Shown one piece after another: positions 47,329-56,298 of a stretch of 64,000 nucleotides of DNA. Origin of the DNA: Gemmatimonadota bacterium (lineage in GTDB: Bacteria > Gemmatimonadota > Gemmatimonadetes > Gemmatimonadales > GWC2-71-9). The stretch covers positions 64,001 through 128,000 of the forward strand of contig JAZDCY010000014.1 in the NCBI GenBank assembly GCA_036679645.1, read 5' to 3'. A program made the translations under genes and the position numbers. Below the pieces are notes generated by a model, which ran no database searches, had not been told where the DNA came from, and was given only the letters and a program-made list of their open reading frames with translations. The first letter of the stretch is position 1. Every line of letters begins with the position of its first letter.

Positions 47329-47642
47329 GCGCCGTGCGCACCGTAGCCGAGAATCGCGTCTTCTTCCTCGCGAGAGAGCACTTGTCCCAATTGATCCGTG
47401 GGCACCAGGGGCCAAACCTCTTGCTCCAGACAGCGCCGGAGCCGCTCGCCGCGATCGGCCAGCGGCGGTGCCGCCAGGTGCGCCTCACGAACCCTCGCCG
47501 CCCTGACAGCTCGTCCAACCGGAATCAGGAGCGCGACCGGAGTCCCCGCCTTGGCTATCGTTATCGTTGCCCCACGACGCACCCGTTCCAGGAGTCGGGA
47601 CAGATGTGTCTTCGCTTCGTGGATATTCACCATGTTGGACAT
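47325..47642 (-). CDS. Chimeric antitoxin: Phd/YefM N-terminus plus VapB (Rv0623-like) C-terminus
   Basis: VNIHEAKTHLSRLLERVRRG..ITIAKAGTPVA followed by ...EVWP...LSREEEDAILGYG. Confidence 0.75.
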   Translation of the reverse strand: MSNMVNIHEAKTHLSRLLERVRRGATITIAKAGTPVALLIPVGRAVRAARVREAHLAAPPLADRGERLRRCLEQEVWPLVPTDQLGQVLSREEEDAILGYGAHGA

Positions 47643-47728
47643 GCGCACCTCACTTGGTGCACACAAGTTAGTCTAGTTGCAGGACTAAGTCCATCTGTAG
47701 CCTCGCCCCGCCTCCACCTTGCCCTCTT

Positions 47729-50268
47729 CTAGTGTACCGGCGGCAGAAAGGGCCTCAGGTCCATCACTCGCACGTCGTCGCGACCGCGCAACCGGTCGAG
47801 CAACCAGTACTTGTGCCCCGCCCCGAACGTAATCAGCACGCGCTCGCCACGGTGATGTGTAATCGCTCGACCGATGAGCTGCAGATGTGCTTCGTTGATG
47901 TTCGTCCATCCACCCGGTCCGATGAGATCGTTCTGGTACTCGTCGTAGAGCGACAGCTCCTCGCACGTGCGTTCGTCGTACACACGGGAATGGATGTAGC
48001 GCGGATCTTCGTTAGCGGCTATCGGCTCGCCGTACCGGGCACGTACGCCGGCAAGACGACGGGCGTATGCATCGCGCTGCGCGGCGAACGCGGGCTCGGT
48101 GTTGAACTGCGCAATACGCGCCTGCCGCAGGTCCGACATCTCTTGCGTCCAGCCCGCACACGGGACGATCTCGAATCCCATCTGGACTGACAACTCGAGG
48201 ATCGCATCGACGTACTCGGGAAACCGGAGCACACGCGGGTCCTCGATCACGTTCCGTTCTGTGAAGTCGCTCCAGACCCGCTCCCAGCGATCGGGCGCGA
48301 TCTCCGCACAGACCACATCGGGCGCGAACGAACGAATGGTTTCCTTCACCTGCTCGATGCCCCACAACTCGCTAGCGGGATGCCGGCCATGGATCATCCC
48401 CATCACCGCTACCTCGGTCACCTCATCTTCGTTGTCCGCCGCGGACGGATTGACACGCCAGCGCTCGGGGATGGAGATGACCGTGAGTTCATGGCTCCCT
48501 TCCGATGACACCCAGAGTGTCTCGCCGGACGGATGCACACCCATCACAATGGGAATCTCACCCACCGGAATGCGCGCAACCACGCGCCGCTCCGGAAGTG
48601 CGATGACCGATACGTCGTGGCTCGCCGTGTTGTTGACGAAGGCGACCCGCCCATCTACGGATACGACCACCGAAAAGGGCGATTCGCCAATCCCATCGGT
48701 CAACGTACCGGTAACCAGATGCGACGCCGTATTAATGAAAGCAATCTCGTTCTCCCCACGCACCGCGACCGCGTACTCCATGTCACCCGGAAGGACCGCG
48801 CCTCCGCTTGGACGGTCGCCCACGGCAACCGTGTCGAGGATGCGCTGGTTCCACAGGTCTATGACCTCGACCGATCCGTCGTTGTAACTCGGGACGAACG
48901 CCAGTCGGCCATCGGACGTCGCGGCAGGTGGAAACGGACGATCGCCGGTCGCGTACGCGTGCTCGAGCGAGAAACTGCCGGGATCGAAGACCCACAGCCG
49001 ATCGATTTGCTCGACCGACACGAGATACCGGCCATCGGGAAGCGGTGCGAAGAGCGACGCGCCGGCGCCCGATCCGACCACACCCGTCTCTCGTCCGTCG
49101 GCAACGTCGTACCGCGCGATGCCATCGCCGCCAAACCGGGTAGCTGCCACCTCAGTTCCTCCGGGCAGCGGCAGGACACCCAACGGCGTGCCGGCGACGG
49201 CGAGCGCATCGATGACCGCCAGCGACTCGACGTCTATCAGCGTGACCGTATCCGAACCCGCCGCCGCGACATAGGCAATCGCACCGTCGTCGGAGAACGA
49301 TATCTGATGCGGATTCCTCCCCACGTCGAGCGTGGCAACCACGTGGAATCCCGCCAACTCGCCGCGCGGCGCGGGCTGGTTGGCGAACGCGCGCATCACA
49401 TCGCGTATGTTGCCCTCGAACGTCGCATTGAACTGCGGATACTGGGCAAAGTCCCGAAACTCGGGGAACCGCACGACCTCAGGGATACTCTCGGCCGAGA
49501 CACCGCGCGCCAGTGCCTCGTCGACCTGCGTCACGAGCGACCGCATGTAGTCACGAAAGCGTGTGAGATCACTCGGATCGCTGGGCCCGAAGTGTCCCGC
49601 AACGACAGCGACGGGATCCAACGCAACCAATCGATCGAGCACATCAGCCCAGATACGTGGATTCGCCTCGCCCATGAAGGGGCTCGCCTCGTGCATGAAC
49701 ACATCACCCGTAACCAGCACCCGTTCGTCCCGCGACCAGACGACCAGGTCACCGGACGTGTGCGCCGCCCCCGCCCCGGGGTGAAACACCTCGACGCTGT
49801 GCCCGCCGAGATCGAGGAGATGCCGTTCGGGCACGATCACATCCGCCAGGCGGACGCTACACGCCTCGAAGTCAGCCCGCTCACGCGCATCCGGCGCATT
49901 TGCTGCGAGCCCGGCGGCCGCCTGTGCCCCGCGTTCCGCAAGTGAGCGGCGCGTTCTGGGATGCGCGATGATCGCGATCTGGGGTTCTTCCACGCACGTG
50001 ATGCCCAGTGCATGGTCCGGATGCCAGTGCGTGAGCACGGCGTACCGCACTGGCTTGTCCGTCACCGTGGCAACCGCGGCAAGGAAATCGCGCGTGAAGC
50101 CGGGCGTGAGGCCCGGATCGACCACCAACGCCGCGGAGTCACCGACAAACGCTGGCTCTCTCGAGCGACAGCGGTGGGTCTGGCCGGACCAGGCACACCA
50201 ACCACGGCAATTGCCAACGCGGCGCCTGTCACGCGAGCGCGCAACGAGCCAGCGCCGTACCGCCGCAT
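47729..50268 (-). pseudogene. Multidomain secreted protein (MBL-fold, YVTN beta-propeller, C-terminal alpha/beta domain), frameshifted near the 5' end
   Basis: The main ORF 47729-50128 has THWHPDH, HTSGD, GH and about 7 propeller repeats. The signal peptide (ATG 50268) is in another frame; the junction is near 50150-50160. Confidence 0.7.
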
Positions 50269-50273
50269 GGGTA

Positions 50274-51086
50274 TCAACCGAGCACCCGGCTCAGGAAGCT
50301 CTTGAGCCGGCCCCACGCATTCCGCGCGGGCTCCTCACGCAGCTCGCGATCCTGGCCCACGCGCAACCAGAAACCGTGATTCACCGCGTCGTAGACATGG
50401 ATGTCGTTGTCGATACCGATCGAGTCGAGCGCCGCCGCGAACCGCTCGACCTGGTCCGGCGGAATCCCCCGGTCCATCTCCGCGAACGTGCCGTAGACTG
50501 GGTGATCGAGACGTGCCAGCTCGGCGGGGTCTTCAACCAATGAGCCGTAGAAGATTGCCGTCGCGTCGTGGTGTGCCCCGCCGAGCGCGTAACTCAGGGC
50601 GATCCCACCCCCAAAGCACCAACCCATGACCCCGATCTTGCCGGTGACGTCAGCGCGGTCACGCAGTAGCCGTTGGGCCGCATCGAGGTTGCTGATGACC
50701 GCACCCATGTTCCCACGTGCTCCCTGCACCAGCGCCATGTTCTCGTCGCGATTCGCTCCCGTCTGTCCGCTGTAGAGATCGGCCGCGAGCGCGATGTATC
50801 CCTCGTCCGCGAACGCGTCCGCCACCTGGCGCACGCGATCGCCGAGCCCGTTCCACTCGTGAATGAGAATCAGCGCGGGGAACGGCCCGTCACCCTCGGG
50901 AACCGCGAGATACCCGCGGGTCGCGGTGTCTCCGTCCAGGTACATGACGGTCTCGCCGCGCGGAGGCGGCGCCGAGCCCAGGATGGCATCGGGAATGGAG
51001 GAGGTGACGGGTTCGTCCGCGGTCTCTTCGGCGGGCGCACAGGCAAGCGCGGCAGTCGCGAGTGCCAGAACAGCGTATCGATACAT
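50274..51086 (-). CDS. Dienelactone hydrolase family lipoprotein
   Basis: Lipobox ALAC; IHEWNGL, GWCFGGG, D, HGF; GGAG RBS before ATG 51086. Confidence 0.92.
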   Translation of the reverse strand: MYRYAVLALATAALACAPAEETADEPVTSSIPDAILGSAPPPRGETVMYLDGDTATRGYLAVPEGDGPFPALILIHEWNGLGDRVRQVADAFADEGYIALAADLYSGQTGANRDENMALVQGARGNMGAVISNLDAAQRLLRDRADVTGKIGVMGWCFGGGIALSYALGGAHHDATAIFYGSLVEDPAELARLDHPVYGTFAEMDRGIPPDQVERFAAALDSIGIDNDIHVYDAVNHGFWLRVGQDRELREEPARNAWGRLKSFLSRVLG

Positions 51087-51260
51087 GGGCTCGTCTCCTT
51101 TGACGTCTGGTCGTCGATCGTCACCCCATAGCACGCCTGGGGTGGGAACAAAGATGTGCTCGCCTGGTGAGATACGCGAGCGGACCGGTCGGCGTTGAGG
51201 CCCGCTCGCAGCGCCGCGTCGGACGCTGTAACTTGTACCGTCCTCGCATGAGATCTGGCC

Positions 51261-52025
51261 GTGACACCAACCGCTAAGCAGGTTCTGCTGACCGCCCTGG
51301 TCGCGAGCTTCGCGATCCAGACGGCACTCGTCTACAGTGACGAGCGCGGCGAGCGGCTGACGGAGACGGCCATTCGCGGTCGGGAACTGTGGCACAAGAA
51401 CGCGTGTCAGGTCTGTCATCAGGTCTACGGCAACGGCGGCTTTCTGGGCCCCGACCTCACCAACGCCGCGAGCCGGGTCGATTCGATCCGGCTTGTTTCG
51501 CTACTGACCGCGGCAAGCGGGCAGATGCCCGCATTTCATTTCACGGATCAGGAGATCGCCGACCTGCGCGCGTATCTCGAAGCTCTGGATCGTCCCGATC
51601 TGGGACGCGGGCAGTTGCGTCTCGGGACGGCGGGAGCGGCACCGTGGCAACGGTTCACCGCTGTGATGGACGACGCGCTTCCCAAGGCCGACGCCGCCGT
51701 CCTGCGCGGTTGGGAGGTGTTGAGCAGGCGGCCCTGCACCGGATGTCATCTTCCGCTCGCCGCCGCGCCCGGCGGCGCTCCGGATCTCTCGCTCGCGGCG
51801 CGCGCGCTCTCGCCCAACGACCTTGCGGCGGTCCTTGCGGAGGGGAGACCGTCGAAAGGCATGCCACCACCAATACCCCCGCTCAACCCACAGGAACGCG
51901 ATGACCTCACGGCGCTCCTCATCTGGTTCGCGGAGCGACGCGACACGTTGGTAGCGTCGCTGCGCGCGCTCGAGGAGCAACGATCATTTCAGTGGCGTGC
52001 GATCCCGTGGTGGGAATACAGGTGA
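51261..52025 (+). CDS. Membrane-anchored diheme cytochrome c (NorC-like N-terminal domain)
   Basis: TM anchor; CQVCH..G.GGFLGPDLTN...QMP; second heme CTGCH...GMP. Confidence 0.88.
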   Translation: MTPTAKQVLLTALVASFAIQTALVYSDERGERLTETAIRGRELWHKNACQVCHQVYGNGGFLGPDLTNAASRVDSIRLVSLLTAASGQMPAFHFTDQEIADLRAYLEALDRPDLGRGQLRLGTAGAAPWQRFTAVMDDALPKADAAVLRGWEVLSRRPCTGCHLPLAAAPGGAPDLSLAARALSPNDLAAVLAEGRPSKGMPPPIPPLNPQERDDLTALLIWFAERRDTLVASLRALEEQRSFQWRAIPWWEYR

Positions 52026-53461
52026 CCGACACAGCGCGCAGGCTCGAAGAGGGCGCCGATTTCGGCGACGCGGCACCGGACCATGCTGTCGAGGTCGATC
52101 CCGTCCGGCGATTCGCCACGATCATCTTCTTCCGCGGGTCCTTGGTGGCCATCGCGGTCACGCTCGCCGCCGGTCTCCTGGCGGCACTCTATTCGATCCC
52201 GTCGTTCGCTCCCGTCATGCAGGGTATCGGCCTCGACATGCGACAGCTACGGCCAATCCACACGACATTCGCCGGGGCCTGGATCTTCCTCGGCGGGGCG
52301 ACGGTCGTGTATCGGTTCCTGGAAGATCAGGCGGGCCCCATCACGGAGGGTGATAGGTGGCGCTTGCGCGCGCAGGTCGTGGTGTGGGCCGCCGCGGGGG
52401 CCGGCATTCTCATCACGCTGTTGCTTGGGATCGGGTCGGGCCGGGAGTACGTGGGGTTCCATCCCGGGTTCTCACTGCTGATCGTGCTGGGCTGGCTCTG
52501 CTACGTCTGGAACTTCTATCGTGTGATGCGCCATTCGTTCTGGAAGCAGCCGCTGCACGTCACCATGTGGGGCGTCGCCCTGCTCTTCTTCCTGTACACA
52601 TTCACCGAGCAACATGCGTACCTGCTTCCGGGCATCTTTGCCGACCCCATTCACGACCTGCGGGTGCAGTGGAAGGCCACCGGCACCCTGGTGGGGAGTT
52701 TCAATCTCTTCGTCTACGGCACGATCATCTACGCGAGCGCGCGCATCTCCGGAAACGAGAGCTACTGCTACTCCAAGACTGCCTACGCCCTCTTCACCGT
52801 GGGACTACTCAATTCGTTCACGAACTTCGGCCACCACACATACCATCTCCCCCAACGCGCGTTGGTGAACTGGATTTCGTTCGTGGTGAGCATGACGGAG
52901 ATCATCATCCTCACCCGCGCCGTGTCCGATCTCTGGCACATCATCCGCGACAAGGTCACCCAACCGTTCAGCGCCGCACGCGCGTGCTTCCTCGCCGCCA
53001 AGTGGTGGACGATCGCCATCCTACTCACATCGGTGATCATCTCCGTTCCGCCGCTCAATGCGATCATTCATGGCACTTATGCGGTCACCGGACACGCTAT
53101 GGGCGCTACGATCGGGATCGATACCATGATCCTGCTGGGCGCGTTGTTCTGGATCCTCCCGCGCATTGCGGGGGACACGAACACGCTGGTGGATACACGC
53201 GGCATGCAGATGGCGATTGTGGGACTGAACGTCGCGGTGGCGGCGCTGGTGCTCTGGCTCCACATCTCGGGCCTCACAACAGGCATCACGCGCGCCGCAT
53301 TCGCGCCCGGTGAAGCGTACGTGCAGCCTGCGTGGTTGAGCGCATCCAACGGCATCGCGTTTGCCGTCACGGGCAGCCTGTCAATCGTGTTCTTCACGAT
53401 CCTTCTCGCCGCACTGATACCGGCTGCGTTCCGATCACCCGACGGCGGAGGCGTCACGTGA
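52022..53461 (+). CDS. Heme-copper oxidase superfamily subunit I, NorB-like with atypical ligands
   Basis: About 12 TM helices; RPIHT, GREY, FGHHTYH, SMTE, NAIIHGTYAVTGHAM; GTGA-coupled to the cytochrome c. Confidence 0.8.
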   Translation: MTDTARRLEEGADFGDAAPDHAVEVDPVRRFATIIFFRGSLVAIAVTLAAGLLAALYSIPSFAPVMQGIGLDMRQLRPIHTTFAGAWIFLGGATVVYRFLEDQAGPITEGDRWRLRAQVVVWAAAGAGILITLLLGIGSGREYVGFHPGFSLLIVLGWLCYVWNFYRVMRHSFWKQPLHVTMWGVALLFFLYTFTEQHAYLLPGIFADPIHDLRVQWKATGTLVGSFNLFVYGTIIYASARISGNESYCYSKTAYALFTVGLLNSFTNFGHHTYHLPQRALVNWISFVVSMTEIIILTRAVSDLWHIIRDKVTQPFSAARACFLAAKWWTIAILLTSVIISVPPLNAIIHGTYAVTGHAMGATIGIDTMILLGALFWILPRIAGDTNTLVDTRGMQMAIVGLNVAVAALVLWLHISGLTTGITRAAFAPGEAYVQPAWLSASNGIAFAVTGSLSIVFFTILLAALIPAAFRSPDGGGVT

Positions 53462-54465
53462 GTTGTCTCGTGATCTCGGCCGCTGAGGTGCGCGCCCTGT
53501 TGCCAATGCAGGTGTGTATCGACCTGATGGCAGAGGCGCTTGAGACCCTGGCGCGCGGGGGCGGCATCAATCCGCTGCGCACCGGGATCCGCCTGCCGCA
53601 CGATCGCGGCATCCTGGGGATGATGCCTGGTCAGATGGACACGCCAGACACGTTCGGACTCAAGGTCGTCTCGGTCTTCCCCGGCAATCACGGCACGGCG
53701 TACGACTCACATCAGGGTACCGTGATGCTCTTCGAGACCGACCACGGCACGCCGGTCGCCATCGTTGACGCGAGCGCCATCACCGCCATTCGCACTGCAG
53801 CGGCGAGTGGCGTCGCCACGCGGTTGCTCGCCCGGGAAAACGCGAAGGAACTTGCGGTGCTCGGCTCAGGTGTGCAGGCGCGGTCCCACCTGGAGGCGAT
53901 GACCTGCGTCAGGCCCATCACACGTGCCCGCGTGTTCGGGCGCGACCGCCACCGGCGCGAGCGTTGCGCTCGCGACGCCGCCAGCACGCTAGGGATTGCC
54001 GTCGAGCCGGTGGAGTCGGCGCGGGCCGCCGTGGACCACGCCGATATAGTCTGCACGACGACGTCTTCGAAGGAACCGGTCCTCATGGGCGATTGGCTCA
54101 CACCGGGATGCCACATCAACGCGGTCGGTTCGAGCGTCCGCTGGACCCGCGAACTGGACACGGCCGCAGTGCTCGCGTCGCGCCTGTTCGTCGACCGCGT
54201 GGAGTCTACGGTGAACGAGGCCGGTGATTTCCTGTTTCCCAAGCAGGAAGGAGCGCTCGACGAGAGTCACATCGTGGGCGAGATCGGCGACATCCTCACA
54301 GGCGCGATCGACGGCCGGGGTTCCGAACACGAGATCACACTCTTCAAGTCGTTGGGGCTCGCGGTGGAGGACCTCGCCGCCGCACACTACGTGTACCAAC
54401 GGGCGGTAGAGACCGGTGCCGGGACGTCGGTGGAATTGGGCGGCGAGGGCAGTGCGCCCGCTTGA
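53458..54465 (+). CDS. Ornithine cyclodeaminase / mu-crystallin family protein
   Basis: GLKVVSVFPGN, ITAIRTAAAS, GSGVQA, HINAVGS, FKSLGLAVEDL. Confidence 0.92.
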   Translation: MSCLVISAAEVRALLPMQVCIDLMAEALETLARGGGINPLRTGIRLPHDRGILGMMPGQMDTPDTFGLKVVSVFPGNHGTAYDSHQGTVMLFETDHGTPVAIVDASAITAIRTAAASGVATRLLARENAKELAVLGSGVQARSHLEAMTCVRPITRARVFGRDRHRRERCARDAASTLGIAVEPVESARAAVDHADIVCTTTSSKEPVLMGDWLTPGCHINAVGSSVRWTRELDTAAVLASRLFVDRVESTVNEAGDFLFPKQEGALDESHIVGEIGDILTGAIDGRGSEHEITLFKSLGLAVEDLAAAHYVYQRAVETGAGTSVELGGEGSAPA

Positions 54466-55414
54466 GCCGGTAGCGCTCGATGAGATCGTCGCCGCACGCG
54501 AGCGCATAGCCGGCAGCGCGCTCCGCACCCCACTGGTTCGGCTGAACGCCGAGACAGACCACGAGATCTACCTCAAGCTCGAGAACCTGCAGCCGATCGG
54601 GTCGTTCAAGCTGCGTGGCGCCGGCAACGCGTTACGGAAGATGGAGCGTGCGTTACTCGCGAACGGAGTGTACACAGCGAGCGCCGGCAATATGGCTCAG
54701 GGACTTGCGTGGAGCGCGCGCGAACTCGGGGTTCCGTGTCACGTAGTCGTCCCCGACAACGCACCGCAGACGAAGCTCGACGCCATCGCGCGCCTCGGCG
54801 GCAGCGTCATCAAGGTGCCGTTCGACGAGTGGTGGAACGTGATCGTCACGCACGAATACGCGGGTCTAGACGCCACATTCGTCCACCCCGTGAGCAACGC
54901 GGATGTCATGGCGGGGAATGGAACCATCGGGCTCGAGATCCTCGAGGATCTTCCCGACGTGGAGACGGTTCTGGTTCCCTTCGGTGGCGGCGGGCTGAGC
55001 TGCGGCATCGCCGCCGCACTGCGCGCAAAACGCCCGTCCGCAAGCGTCTATGCATGTGAGGTAGAGACCGCGGCCCCGCTCGCGGCGTCGTTCCAAGCTG
55101 GCCGGGCAACCGAGGTGAAACGGGTACAGACGTTCATCGACGGTATTGGCGGCAAGAGTGTGCTCGAGGAGATGTGGCCGGTCGCCAAGGAACTGCTCGC
55201 CGGATCGCTCGTTACGTCCGTTGCGGAGATCGTAGCCGCGGTGAAGCTGCTGGTCGAGCGCAACCGGGTGATCGCCGAAGGAGCAGGAGCGGCACCGGTG
55301 GCGGTGGCGCTTGGAGGAGCCGTCGACCGGGGACCGGTTGTGTGTGTCGTGTCGGGTGGGAACATCGATCTTCGGAAACTCGAAATGATTCTCCGCGGAG
55401 AGGTGCCCGGTTGA
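54452..55414 (+). CDS. PLP-dependent threonine/serine dehydratase family protein
   Basis: LKLENLQPIGSFKLRGA, ASAGN, PFGGGGL, SGGN. Confidence 0.92.
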   Translation: MRPLEPVALDEIVAARERIAGSALRTPLVRLNAETDHEIYLKLENLQPIGSFKLRGAGNALRKMERALLANGVYTASAGNMAQGLAWSARELGVPCHVVVPDNAPQTKLDAIARLGGSVIKVPFDEWWNVIVTHEYAGLDATFVHPVSNADVMAGNGTIGLEILEDLPDVETVLVPFGGGGLSCGIAAALRAKRPSASVYACEVETAAPLAASFQAGRATEVKRVQTFIDGIGGKSVLEEMWPVAKELLAGSLVTSVAEIVAAVKLLVERNRVIAEGAGAAPVAVALGGAVDRGPVVCVVSGGNIDLRKLEMILRGEVPG

Positions 55415-55494
55415 TTGGTGATTAGTGAATACTGAATAGTGATTGGTGATTGTTCCACCCAATCACTAATCGCCAATCAGTAATCACCAATCAT
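55412..55494. repeat. Inverted heptamer-array hairpin: (TGATTGG-like)x6 / (CAATCAC-like)x5
   Basis: 55412-55453 and 55460-55494 are mutually complementary degenerate 7-mer arrays between convergent genes. Confidence 0.88.
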
Positions 55495-55497
55495 CCG

Positions 55498-56184
55498 TCA
55501 GTTCACCTGCACGCGTCCATTTTGGGCGGGGAATCCGTGCACGAGGCAGCCGTAGTCGAACGCACCCCGCTCCGTAAAGCGGTGTTGCCATGAGCCCGAC
55601 CGGCGGATGGTAGTGCCACCCACGGAGTTTCGGGGCGTGATCGTCGTATCCATGAAGACGACGTTATGCGGTTCAGCACCGACCCAATGCCATTCAACGA
55701 TCTGTCCACGCTCGATCGAGACGACCTTCGGATCAAAGAACGAATCGCCCACCTCGACGATCACATCCGGTATCCCGCCCGATCCAGGCGCCGCATTCAC
55801 GAACACCAGGAAGTCCGTGCGCACCTTCGGGTCGCCCACCAACGCCGCATGGACCGTCCGGTCACCGGCATCGTCCGTTAGGCGTACGTGGGTGGAGGCC
55901 TTGCCACCGACATCAGTACGCACGGTGTCCGGGGTAGCGACGCCCCCACCCTGCACCGACCACGTCACGAGTACCTCGGGCACGACAACGCCCGCCGAGT
56001 CGGTCACGCGGACGACCAACCGCTGGGGCAAATCTTCGCTCGCGTCGGATGTCTGGGAATCCCCACTCAGCCGTTGCATCACCGCAGGCGGTCCGGGCTT
56101 GGGCGCCAGCGTATCGGTGCCGCAGCCGATCGTGAGAAACGGCCCAATCGAGCACGCGATCAGGCGTGTGGGAACGCGCGTGAT
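55498..56184 (-). CDS. Lipoprotein with Big_1 Ig-like domain and C-terminal cupredoxin domain
   Basis: SGDSQT..LVVRVTD..G..V.V.W Ig-like domain; FDP, PHNV, YGCLVH. The frame is open upstream of 56082 through lipobox TIGC; the start is uncertain (ATC 56184). Confidence 0.75.
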   Translation of the reverse strand: MTRVPTRLIACSIGPFLTIGCGTDTLAPKPGPPAVMQRLSGDSQTSDASEDLPQRLVVRVTDSAGVVVPEVLVTWSVQGGGVATPDTVRTDVGGKASTHVRLTDDAGDRTVHAALVGDPKVRTDFLVFVNAAPGSGGIPDVIVEVGDSFFDPKVVSIERGQIVEWHWVGAEPHNVVFMDTTITPRNSVGGTTIRRSGSWQHRFTERGAFDYGCLVHGFPAQNGRVQVN

Positions 56185-56298
56185 GCACCTCGAGAGAAGG
56201 GTGGATCTCTTGGCAAACCCCTGTCTCGGGCCCGAGGTTCCCGATGGCTGCCGTAACGGTCGGCGACCGTGACCGACCCGTCACGCCCTCCCATTTTG

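Noticed and set aside
32336..47700. Integron cassette array, suggested by many TA pairs and small genes
   Set aside because: No integron integrase and no recurring attC-like RYYYAAC...GTTRRRY sites were recognised; gene orientations are mixed.
48533..49945. 470-aa plus-strand ORF and many other long antisense ORFs
   Set aside because: High-GC shadow frames opposite well-supported genes, with no recognisable motifs.
52022..53461. Plain norB or cbb3 ccoN assignment
   Set aside because: The helix VI His/Glu and one helix X His are missing, so no gene symbol was given.
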